A stretch of DNA of 64,000 nucleotides from the NCBI GenBank assembly GCA_963700555.1, contig CAVOXZ010000011.1:386907-450906 (forward strand), in the 5' to 3' direction. Made by a program: the position numbers and the translations under genes. The notes below the pieces were generated by a model that saw only the letters and a list, made by a program, of their open reading frames with translations, did not search any database and had not been told where the DNA came from. The number at the start of each line of letters is the position of its first letter. Position 1 is the first letter of the stretch. The stretch is from an uncultured Chloroflexia bacterium. GTDB taxonomy: Bacteria; Chloroflexota; Limnocylindria; Limnocylindrales; CSP1-4. Below, piece by piece: positions 28,527 to 37,719 of the stretch.

Positions 28527-29720
28527 TCAGGCCCGCTTGCGCGGCAGGTCGAGGAACGGCAGCTCCACGACGTCCGCCGCCACGCGCCCGCGGCGACCCT
28601 CGACGGTCCACTCGACCTGGAGCCTGGTCCCGATCCGCTCGTGGCGGGCCGGCACGTAGGCCAGCGCGATCGCCTGCTTGAGGATCGGGCTCCAGCCGTG
28701 CGAGGTGGACTTGCCGACCTGGCGGCCGTCGGCGAACACCGGGACCGGCGACCGGTCGACATACGCGACTGAGGCCCGGCGGCAGGCCCTGGGCGTCGAA
28801 CAGGCCCTCGATGTCGTACCAGTCGAGCTGCAGGCCGACGAGGCGGCGGTCCGGCCCCCCGGCGGCGACCTCGGCCGCCAGCGCGCGGCGGCCCACGTAG
28901 TCGCCCTTCTCGAACGAGACCAGCTTGCCCAGGCCGAGCTCGAACGGGCTGTAGTTCTGCTCCGGGTTCATCGCGTGGCGAGCGGACGTGTAGTCGACGT
29001 CGAGCATGATCAGCCCGGCCTCGAGGCGCACAACATCGAGCGCGTACATGCCGGCCGGGCGGATCGCGTACGCCTTGCCCGCGGCGAACAGCGCATCCCA
29101 GACATCGGGCGCGGACTCCGGCCGGGATCCAGCAGCTCGTAGCCAAGGTCGCCGGTGTAGCCGGTCCGGCTGACGTCGATCGCGACGCCACCGATCGTGG
29201 CCTCACGACGACGGAAGTACCGCAGGTCCTCGAAGCTCTCGCCGCTGGCGGCCTCGAGCACGGCCCGGCTGAAGGGGCCCTGGAGCGCCAGCGCCGCAAC
29301 CGCCTCTGAGACGTCCTCGATCTCGACGTCGAGCCCGGCGGCGTTCAGGGTGAGCCACCGGTACTGCGGGTCGGCCGCGGTCCAGCGGAGCTCCTCCTCC
29401 CCGACGCGGTGCACGGTCCCGTCGTCGATGACCTTGCCGTGCTCGTCGCACCACGGCGTGTAGAACACCTGGCCGACCTGCATCCGCGACGCGTCGCGCG
29501 TGATGACCCGGTCGGCGAGGCGGAGGGCGTCGGGGCCGCTGATCCGGTACTTGAACAGCGGGCTGACGTCGATGACCGCAGCCGCCTCGCGGATCGCGTT
29601 GTACTCGATGTCGTGGAAATCCGCGTACACCGAGGACGCGAAGTAGCCCGCCCACTCGCGCCACTGCATCTTCCGGTTCATGGCCGCGGCGCGCGGATGG
29701 AACGGGGTGCCGACGCTCAC
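28527..29720 (-). pseudogene. Aminomethyltransferase (GcvT) family gene with two frame changes
   Basis: Homologous sequence runs through three ORF pieces: 29720-29125 (GYTGDLGYEL), 29125-28780 (ESAPDVWDALF...MYALDVVRLEAG...) and 28780-28527 (VAYVDRSPVPVFADGRQVGKSTS...). GTG at 29720 with a GGAGG 6 nt upstream. Confidence 0.8.
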
Positions 29721-29803
29721 GAGGACCCTCCAGGCTGGTGACCGGCCAAGAGTATGCAGGAGATCCATGCAGGCTGGATGAGGCGGGCCGGTTCGGTGGG
29801 ACC

Positions 29804-30205
29804 TCAGAGCGCCCGGACCGGGATCGTCGGAGAGGTCAGGCGCTCGTCGAAGGTCACGATGACCTCGCACCGCGCATGTTCCGCCGCGGCCGCGATGATC
29901 GCATCCGGGATCCGCCGCGCCGAGGCCCGCATCGACCACCGGATCGCGGCGATCGTGGTCGCCTGGTCGGCATCGATGAGCTCGACGTTGTCGCGGGTCA
30001 GGAAGCGCACCAGCCCTTGTGCGAGCGCCGGGTTCGTCGCTCCGTAGTCCGTGCGCAGCACGTGGACGAGCTCGAGCAGGGCGGCCGTCGACACGACCAG
30101 GGAGTCGTCGCCATCGACCACGCCGGCGGCGGCGAACGCCCGGCCGGGGTCGTCTTCGGCGAAATACCGGATCAGGACGCTCGTGTCGACGAACACGCGC
30201 GTCAT
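29804..30205 (-). CDS. vapC: PIN-domain toxin VapC
   Basis: 133 aa with the N-terminal VFVDTSVLI acidic PIN motif. ATGA overlap with the upstream antitoxin. Confidence 0.85.
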   Translation of the reverse strand: MTRVFVDTSVLIRYFAEDDPGRAFAAAGVVDGDDSLVVSTAALLELVHVLRTDYGATNPALAQGLVRFLTRDNVELIDADQATTIAAIRWSMRASARRIPDAIIAAAAEHARCEVIVTFDERLTSPTIPVRAL

Positions 30206-30507
30206 CTGCCTTCCTCGTGGTGGCGCCGACTGTCCTCCTCGAGCACCTCGCGGATCTCGTCAGCACGTCTCGCCCATGCCCGGTCCCTCACCTCCTGCCA
30301 GTCCGTGATCGGCGGGCGGCCCGGATCCCGGAAGATCCCGAGCAGCGAGTCCCGGTGCGGCCGCGGGATGAACTCCACGACCAGCCGGCCGTCCTCCACC
30401 CGCTCCACCGCGCGATCGCCTGGCTGGATGTCCAGCTGCTCACGCACGTGCTTGTCGATGGTGATCTGGTACCGCTCGCCGACGACGTTCGACATACTCC
30501 CCGCCAT
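30202..30507 (-). CDS. vapB: AbrB/MazE/SpoVT-type antitoxin VapB
   Basis: Swapped-hairpin AbrB-like N-terminus (YQITIDKHVREQLDIQPGD). Start is ATG 30507 or 30495. Confidence 0.72.
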   Translation of the reverse strand: MAGSMSNVVGERYQITIDKHVREQLDIQPGDRAVERVEDGRLVVEFIPRPHRDSLLGIFRDPGRPPITDWQEVRDRAWARRADEIREVLEEDSRRHHEEGR

Positions 30508-30635
30508 GGATATGAAATCCGATCTGCAGTATGGCAATCAGCACGCGTCTCAGCAACTGTCGACCGGCACCGTCGCGCTCGGGCTACGTTCCTGACCGCC
30601 GCGGGCATCGCCCGGTCTGCCACGATTGGGCGGTG

Positions 30636-33580
30636 ATGGCTACGAACCCCTTCGACGGCCACGAGCACCGCCGCCCCGCCGTTGGCGTTGACGAGGCCGC
30701 ACGCCTGCTGCGGGTGCACTTCGGACGCGAGGGCACGCTCCGCGAGCTGGGCAGCCACCAGGACCGCAACTACCTCGTGACCACGCCGGCCGGCGAGCGG
30801 CTGGTGCTCAAGGTCGCCCGGCAGGGGCTGGCTCGCGCGGCGCTCGAGGCCGAGAACGGGGCGATGCTCCGAGCGGCCGCGGCCGGGCTCCCGTTCGCGG
30901 TTCCGGTGCCGCAGCCCGCCCTGGACGGGTCGCTCATTGCCGCCGCCGTCACCGCGACGGGCGAGCCCACGACCTGCGCCTGGTGACCTGGATCGAGGGC
31001 GAGCCGCTGGACCGGGCCGGATACCTGGCGCCGCCGGTGCTGCGAGCCCACGGCGCGATGGCGGCGCGGATCGCCCTCGCGCTCGACGGGTGGGATCACC
31101 CGGCGCTGGACCGGGCGCTCCAGTGGGACGTGCGGCATGCGGGTGCGGTTGTCGAGGCGCTGCTGCCGTTTGCCACGACGCCTGCACGGCGGTCGCTGGC
31201 GGAGCGGGCGATGGCACGAGCTGCGGCCGCCCTCGGGGTCCTGGAGCAGCAGCTGCGCGTCCGAGTCGTCCACCAGGACGTCACCGACCTCAACACCGTC
31301 GCCCGCCGCGATGCCGGCGGCCGACCGATGCCCGTCGGCCTCATCGACTTCGGCGACCTGTCGCGGACCTGGCTCGCGGCGGAGCTTGCCGTCACCATCG
31401 CGGCCGACCTGTTCCACGACCTTGCGCGGCCGCTGCACGTGGCCCGTGAGATCGCGAGCGGCTTCCTGCCGTTGCTCCCGCTGGTGGAGCCGGAGCTGGC
31501 GGCGATCTGGCCGATGGTGGTCGCCCGGTCCGCGGCGGTGGCGATCAGCGGGGACCAGCAGGGCGCCCTCGAGCCCGACAACGCCTACGTGCACGCGACT
31601 CGCGACGAGGAGTGGGCTGCGCTCGAGGCGGTGGCCGCCGTCCCGTTCCCGCTCGCGCCGGGAGGTGCTCCGCGAGGCAGCGGGCCTGGGACCGGTGTCA
31701 GCAACCGATCGCGAAGCTCGCCGTGCGCCGATGGTGCCCTGGCTGCACGACGCGACCGTCCTCGACCTGTCCACGACGTCCGACGCCCTTCCGGGTGCCG
31801 CGACCGGCGATGCGGGCGCCGTCGAGGCGCTCGTGGTGGCTGCCGGCGGGCGGGCACTGGGCCGGTGGGGAGAGGCGCGCCTGGTCGACACGGTCCTGGA
31901 CGCGGCCGACGAGCCCGCGACCGTCCACCTCGGGATCGACGTCTTCGCGCCGGCGGGCTCGGCGGTCACGGCACCCGTCGGGGGGCGGGTACGGGTCGGG
32001 AGCGACGGCGTGGTCATCGAGGCCGGCCCGTTCGACCTGCGACTCGACGGGCTGGCGGTCGACATCGCCGACGGCACGACGGTGGCAGCGGGCGATCCAC
32101 TCGGCACCGTCACCGCGACAGGGCTCGACGGGCTGCCGCCGCACGTGCACGTCCAGCGGATCGACGAGCCGGGCCTCGACGCGCCGCGAGCAGCCGTGGC
32201 GTCCCTGGCCGGGGCGTGGCGGCGGTTGTGCCCGGACCCGTCCCCGCTGCTCGGCCTGCCTGCCCGGCGTCGCCGTTGGCCCCGCCCGACGACCCGGCGG
32301 CTCTCCTCGCGCGGCGAGACGCCGTCCTCGCCCACGTCCAGGAGCACTACTTCGCGGCCCCACCCCGAATCGAGCGCGGGTGGCGCCACCATCTCGTCGA
32401 CACGGGCGGCCGCGCCTACGTGGACCTCGTCAACAACATCGCCGTCCTCGGCCACAGCCACCCGGCCGTCGACGCCGCGGTCCGGCGCCAGCTGGCCCGG
32501 CTCAACACCAACTCCCGGTTCCTGTACGGGATCATCGTCGAGTACGCGGAGGTGCTCGCGGCCCGCTTCCCGGCGCCGCTCGACACCGTGTTCCTCGTCA
32601 ACACCGGCTCCGAGGCGAACGAGCTCGCCCTGCGCCTCGCCCGCATCGCCACCGGGGGCACGGAGGTCATCGCGGTGCGCGGCGCCTACCACGGCTGGAC
32701 CGCGGCGACCGATGCCATCACGACCTCCGCAGCGTCGACAATCCGCGTGCCGTCGGCACCCGGCCGGGCTGGGTCCACACTGTCGAGGCGCCCAACACGC
32801 TACCGCGGCCTCCACCGCGGCCCGGATGCAGGCGCCCGGTACGCGGACGATGTCCGGGCGACCCTCGCCCGCCTCGCGGACGCCGGCGCGCGGCCGGCAG
32901 CGTTCATCGCCGAGCCGCTGTTCGGCAACGCAGGCGGGGTCGTCCTGCCGGACGGGTACCTGCGCGAGGTCTACGCGGCCGTCCGCGCTGCGGGCGGGCT
33001 CGCGATCGCCGACGAGGTCCAGACCGGCTACGGCCGGCTCGGGGCGTTCGAGTGGGCGTTCGAGCAGCAGGGCGTGGTGCCCGACATCGTGACCGTGGCC
33101 AAGGCCGCCGGCAACGGCATGGCCGTGGGCGCGGTCATCACCACCCGGGCCATCGCCGACGCGTTCGCTGCCGAGGGCTCGTTCTTCTCGTCGGTCGGCG
33201 GGTCACCGGTGGCGTGCGCCGCGGGGCTGGCGGTCCTGCGGGCGATGGACGAGGAGGGGCTGCGCGAGAACGCCCGGGTCGTGGGCGCCCATCTCAGGTC
33301 GGGGCTCGAGGCGGTCCGCGCCCGCCACCCGATCGTCGGTGCCGTGCACGGGATGGGCCTCTACATGGGCGTGGAGCTGATCCGCGACCGCGAGTCACTG
33401 GAGCCCGCCACTTGCGAGGCACTGGCCATCTGCGAGCGGATGCTCGAGCTCGGCGTCATCATCCAGCCCACCGGCGATGGGAACAACGTCCTGAAGGTGA
33501 AGCCGCCGCTGTGCCTCACCGGGGAGTCCGCGGACCACGTGATCGCGGCGCTCGACCGGACGCTCGCCGGGGGCTGGTAG
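30636..33580 (+). pseudogene. Tri-domain fusion of APH-type kinase, M23 peptidase-like domain and class III aminotransferase (phospholyase-like), with five frame changes
   Basis: The APH part (HQDRNYLV, VVHQDVTDLN, IDFGD), the M23 part (VHLGIDVFAPAGSAV, PPHVHVQ) and the class III aminotransferase part (NTGSEANE, ADEVQTGYGR, VAKAAGNG) are spread over three reading frames. Switches lie near 30967, 31659, 32265, 32732 and 32799. Confidence 0.8.
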
Positions 33581-33589
33581 GTCCGATGC

Positions 33590-34687
33590 TCACTCACCGA
33601 TGGGCGTGTCGGCGGCGACCCGGATGTGGACCCGCGGCACCTCGTCCTCGCTGACCACGACCGGCTCCGACTCGCCCCAGACAACGGTGCGTTTCAGCTC
33701 CCGGTCGAAGGTCCAAACCGTGATCACCCACGTTCCGACGGTGCACGGGATGGTGAACCGCCCGTCCGCATCGGGCCCGACCCCGAAGGGCTCCGTGTAG
33801 CACCTGCCGGGCCCCTCGCTCCGTCCGCCGATCATCAGGCCGTTGTCGGGGCCTGGCCCGGAGCCATCGGCGAGGACCACGATGCCTTTGACCTTGCCGA
33901 TCGGCATCCGCGAGACGCCGGTGCCGTCGGACTCAACCCGGAACATGGCCCGGGGAACGCCGAGGCGGCTCGCGAGCGCCGTCGCGATCAGGGACGGGGC
34001 CTCGGGGTTCGCGCTCGAGATCTCGATGTGGACCGCGTTGCCGGAGATGTCCACGCCGACGCCCTCGAGGTCCGCATCGACCCGCTCCCACAGTGGCGAG
34101 TCCCAGCCAACGCGCTTCTTCACGTCCTTCAGCTGGCGCTCGGTCCACCGCACGAGCCGCGCTGCGATCGGCGCCCCCGGGCCAGCATCGGCCAGCATCG
34201 CGGCGAGGTGGCCCGCAGGGTCTGTCGTCCACAGGGTCATCACCTGGCTGTTCGCGTTGTCGAGGTACAGACCGCCGAACACGTCGGCATGCTTGTGGCC
34301 GTACTCGAGGGCGGCCGCGACGACCGGCGACAGCCGGGCCTGGCGGTCCCAGATGAACCGATCCTCCTCGGGCAGGATCGGATAGGCCCACGCGTCGATC
34401 GCCGAAGGATCCTCGGCGACCAGCAGCACCCACTCGGGATCCGTCCGCAGTCCCATCCCTCGTCGCCACTCGATGGCCGCGACGATCTCGGCGGGGAGGC
34501 TCGAAGTGGCGGGCTCGACGGTCGGCAGGTCCAGGCTGGGCGATGGCGACGGCGCGACGTCCGGTGACGGTTTCGTGGAGGGCGTCACGTTGTTGGTCGG
34601 GGCCGACGTCGGGGTCGTTCCGCCCGTGCAGCCGGTGACCAGCGCCATGACCAGGATCCAGAGCGCTGATGGGCCCATGCGCCGCAT
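33590..34687 (-). CDS. Hypothetical lipoprotein
   Basis: ATG at 34687 (MRRMGPSALWILVMALVTGC lipobox), a Pro/Ser/Thr linker and a body of about 300 aa with no recognised family. Confidence 0.55.
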   Translation of the reverse strand: MRRMGPSALWILVMALVTGCTGGTTPTSAPTNNVTPSTKPSPDVAPSPSPSLDLPTVEPATSSLPAEIVAAIEWRRGMGLRTDPEWVLLVAEDPSAIDAWAYPILPEEDRFIWDRQARLSPVVAAALEYGHKHADVFGGLYLDNANSQVMTLWTTDPAGHLAAMLADAGPGAPIAARLVRWTERQLKDVKKRVGWDSPLWERVDADLEGVGVDISGNAVHIEISSANPEAPSLIATALASRLGVPRAMFRVESDGTGVSRMPIGKVKGIVVLADGSGPGPDNGLMIGGRSEGPGRCYTEPFGVGPDADGRFTIPCTVGTWVITVWTFDRELKRTVVWGESEPVVVSEDEVPRVHIRVAADTPIGE

Positions 34688-34706
34688 CTTCGCGACCTCC
34701 CTGCCG

Positions 34707-35252
34707 TCACCTGTGACGACCGTCCGACCGACGGCTCCGCGCTTGTGTGACGCGTGCGGCCGCACGATCACGACCGGGTGTGGCGCCACCTCGATCAGCC
34801 AGGAGCCATGATGCGCGTTCCAGATCGGCCGCGTGTGCCGCGACATGGTCGGCCGTCACCCGGAGGTGCTCCGTCGGACCGTATGGGCGCGAGCCACGCC
34901 GGTACGGGATGAGCCCGAGCGCGGGCGAGCCGATGTCGCGCCTGATCGCCGCCTGCGCGGCATCGAGCCGGACGAGCAGCTCATCGATCTCCATGTGCCC
35001 CAGCGATTCGAGAGCACGCTCGCCCAGGAGGGCGTACGTCCCGCGCAGCGGGGTCGGCGCGCGCCCGGCTGTGAGATCCACCACGTTGCGCGCGAAGCTC
35101 TCATGCCAGAAGACGACGTGCGCCAGGACCATCCGGGCAGACCATTCGCCCCTGGTGGCCACGTCCGGGTCCGGCAGCGCCCGGGCTGCCGCGGCGAGCC
35201 TGGCGACAACGTTCTCGAGATCCGCGAGGGCCTCGGCCGTCTCGGCGGTCAC
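34707..35252 (-). CDS. DinB-family (DinB_2-like) protein
   Basis: Four-helix-bundle-like sequence with VLAHVVFWHESF and a TADHVAAH His pattern. Its GTG start overlaps the vapC stop (GTGA). Confidence 0.55.
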   Translation of the reverse strand: MTAETAEALADLENVVARLAAAARALPDPDVATRGEWSARMVLAHVVFWHESFARNVVDLTAGRAPTPLRGTYALLGERALESLGHMEIDELLVRLDAAQAAIRRDIGSPALGLIPYRRGSRPYGPTEHLRVTADHVAAHAADLERASWLLADRGGATPGRDRAAARVTQARSRRSDGRHR

Positions 35253-35647
35253 CCCGCCGGCTGCCCGTAGACAAGCACGGGAACCCCGTGCCCCTCGAAG
35301 TCGCGCGGGTTGCGGGTGACGATAGTGGCACCGAGGCTCCAGGCAACGCCGGCAACGAGCGCATCACCGAGGTGGCGCCGGCCCGAGCGCCCCCGGCGCC
35401 TCCGAAACGCCGCCGCCCAGTCCGCGGCCTCAGGGCTGGTTGAGACGTACTCCAGGGCCTGCACGAGCTTGCGGATGACGGTCAGCTCGTCTTCCGATCC
35501 GCTGGACAAGGCCTCCACCACAGCCGCGTCACATGTGTAGATGTCGCCGGTCTCGGAGAACAGCCGCACGAGGAGGTCGTCGGCGCCGAAGCGGCCAAGC
35601 GCGTGGTCGATCAGGACGGTGGTGTCCAGCAGGTATCGCTCGGCCAC
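35249..35647 (-). CDS. vapC: PIN-domain toxin VapC
   Basis: 132 aa with YLLDTTVLID at the N-terminus and TRNPRDF near the C-terminus. Confidence 0.85.
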   Translation of the reverse strand: MAERYLLDTTVLIDHALGRFGADDLLVRLFSETGDIYTCDAAVVEALSSGSEDELTVIRKLVQALEYVSTSPEAADWAAAFRRRRGRSGRRHLGDALVAGVAWSLGATIVTRNPRDFEGHGVPVLVYGQPAG

Positions 35648-35920
35648 CTACCAGTCCTTGCCGTAGAGCATCCGGTCGCGTTCGGAGCTGTCGCGGAGCT
35701 CGCGCAGGATGCGGTCCGTCTCCTCCGGCGTCTCCCCCCAGGCCTTGGACCCCTTCAGCGCGCCGGCCGTCTCCCGGACGACCTTGATCGCGTTGTCCCG
35801 GCGGACCTGTTTCGCCACCAGGTCCGCGATGTAGGCGCTCCGCCCACGGGGTCCGGCAACCTCGTCCACGAGCGCCAGGATGTCCTCGGGGAGCGTGATG
35901 TTGGTTCGCACCAGGGGCAT
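35648..35920 (-). CDS. vapB: Ribbon-helix-helix (CopG-like) antitoxin VapB
   Basis: MPLVRTNITLPEDILALVDE is a typical RHH N-terminus. Its stop codon abuts the vapC GTG. Confidence 0.72.
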   Translation of the reverse strand: MPLVRTNITLPEDILALVDEVAGPRGRSAYIADLVAKQVRRDNAIKVVRETAGALKGSKAWGETPEETDRILRELRDSSERDRMLYGKDW

Positions 35921-36005
35921 CGTGTGCATCTCCGTGTGCGTTGGATCGCACATACGCTAGCACACACCGGGCGCCTCGGCCTCGCCGAACGCCGGGTCGG
36001 CTAGA

Positions 36006-36024
36006 CTGCATGGGCTTCATGCAG
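36006..36024. promoter_or_regulatory. Inverted repeat CTGCATG-N5-CATGCAG, candidate operator
   Basis: A perfect 7-bp inverted repeat in the divergent spacer between vapB (minus) and the oxidoreductase gene (plus). It is flanked by direct AGACTG copies. Confidence 0.3.
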
Positions 36025-36070
36025 ACTGGATAGCGACCGCCTTGGGCGCGTCGCCGGGACCGACGGGAGG

Positions 36071-37717
36071 GTGGGCGTGCCGCAGCGCTACGACGCGGTG
36101 ATCATCGGCGGAGGGCACAACGGCCTCATCTCCGCCGCCTACCTGGCGCGCGCCGGGCTCAAGGTCGTGGTGCTCGAGCGCCGGCATGTCCTCGGCGGCG
36201 CGGCGGTTACCGAGGAGATCGTCCCCGGGTTCCGGTTCTCGGTCGCGAGCTACGTCGTGAGCCTGCTCCGCCCGGAGATCATCCGCGACCTCCAGCTGCC
36301 CAAGTTCGGCCTGGACATCCTCCCGCTCGACGGCACGTTCACGCCTCTGCGCAAGGGCGAAGGCCCGGGTTCGACCAAGCGCAAGCCCGTCGGCGACTAC
36401 CTGTGGCGGGTCAACGACCACGCCCGGACCGTCCGCGAGCTGCGTCGCTGGAGCAAGAGCGACGCCGAGGCGTACGAGGAGTACGGCCAGCTCATGGTGG
36501 ACATGGCGAGGTTCATCAAGCCGATCCTCGGGATCGTGCCGCCGGATCCCACGGACAACGACCCGCGCCCGCTGATGCCGCTGGCCGGCCTCGCCCGCCG
36601 CTTCGCCCAGCTCCCCGAGCGCCAGCAGGCCGTGTTCGTCCAGCTGATGACGATGTCCGCCAAGGACTTCCTTGACCAGTGGTTCGAGACGGACCCGCTC
36701 AAGGCCACCATGTCCGCGTCCGGGATCATCGGCACCTACCAGGGCATCAACTCGCCGGGCACGGCGTACGTCCTGCTCCACCACTACATGGGCGAGATCG
36801 ACGGTGCCTTCCGGGCGTGGGGCATCCCCAAGGGTGGCACCGGCGGCGTGTCCTACTCGATCGCCCGCGCCGCGCAGGCCCTGGGCGCGGAGATCCGCAC
36901 CGAGGCCCCGGTCGCGCGGATCGTGGTCAAGAACGGCAGGGCCACCGGCGTCGCGCTCGAGAGCGGCGAGGAGATCGAGGCTTCGGTTGTCCTGGCCTCC
37001 ACGGACGCCAAGGTCACCTTCCTCGACCTCCTCGAGCCCGGCTCGCTCCCCGCTGAGTTCGAGCAGGAGGTCCGCCGCTTCAAGTTCCGCGGCAGCTCGG
37101 GCAAGGTCAACCTCGCGGTGGACCGGCTGCCGGACTTCACCTGCCTGCCGGGCGAGGGCGAGCACCTCCGGGGCGCCATCAGCTTCAGCCCGTCGACGCG
37201 CGAGATGGAGCAGGCCTACGACGACGCGAAATACGGCCACTGGAGCAACCGGCCCTACGTGGACATGATCATCCCCACCCTGGTCGATCCGGAGATGGCG
37301 CCGCCGGGCAAGCACGTGATCAGCTGCTTCGTCCAGTACGCGCCGTACAAGCTGGCGCCCGAGCTGGGCACCTGGGACGACAACGGCAACCGCGAGGCGT
37401 TCGGCGACGCCGTGATCAACCGGATCGCCGAGTTCGCCCCCAACATCCGCGACATCATCATCGGCCGCCAGGTCCTCACCCCCCTCGACATCGAGCGGAC
37501 GATGGGCCTCACCGAGGGCAACATCTTCCAGGGCGAGCTGACCCTCGAGCAGCTGTTCTTCAACCGGCCGGTGCCCGGCTATGCGCGGTTCAGAACACCG
37601 GTCCAGAACCTCTGGCTGTCGGGCTCGTCCACGCACCCCGGCGGTGGCCTGATGGGCGCCAACGGGCGCCTGGCCGCGCTCGAGGTCCTCAAGTCCCGCG
37701 GCCGGAAGGTGGCCTGA
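36071..37717 (+). CDS. Phytoene desaturase-family NAD(P)/FAD-dependent oxidoreductase (CrtI/PYROXD2-like)
   Basis: N-terminal dinucleotide fold DAVIIGGGHNGL...VVVLERRHVLGGAA. About 545 aa. Confidence 0.82.
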   Translation: MGVPQRYDAVIIGGGHNGLISAAYLARAGLKVVVLERRHVLGGAAVTEEIVPGFRFSVASYVVSLLRPEIIRDLQLPKFGLDILPLDGTFTPLRKGEGPGSTKRKPVGDYLWRVNDHARTVRELRRWSKSDAEAYEEYGQLMVDMARFIKPILGIVPPDPTDNDPRPLMPLAGLARRFAQLPERQQAVFVQLMTMSAKDFLDQWFETDPLKATMSASGIIGTYQGINSPGTAYVLLHHYMGEIDGAFRAWGIPKGGTGGVSYSIARAAQALGAEIRTEAPVARIVVKNGRATGVALESGEEIEASVVLASTDAKVTFLDLLEPGSLPAEFEQEVRRFKFRGSSGKVNLAVDRLPDFTCLPGEGEHLRGAISFSPSTREMEQAYDDAKYGHWSNRPYVDMIIPTLVDPEMAPPGKHVISCFVQYAPYKLAPELGTWDDNGNREAFGDAVINRIAEFAPNIRDIIIGRQVLTPLDIERTMGLTEGNIFQGELTLEQLFFNRPVPGYARFRTPVQNLWLSGSSTHPGGGLMGANGRLAALEVLKSRGRKVA

Positions 37718-37719
37718 CG

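Noticed and set aside
29804-35953. Genomic island bounded by the two vapBC loci
   Set aside because: No integrase, transposase, tRNA target or flanking direct repeats are visible. The two TA pairs have different antitoxin types and are not repeats of each other.
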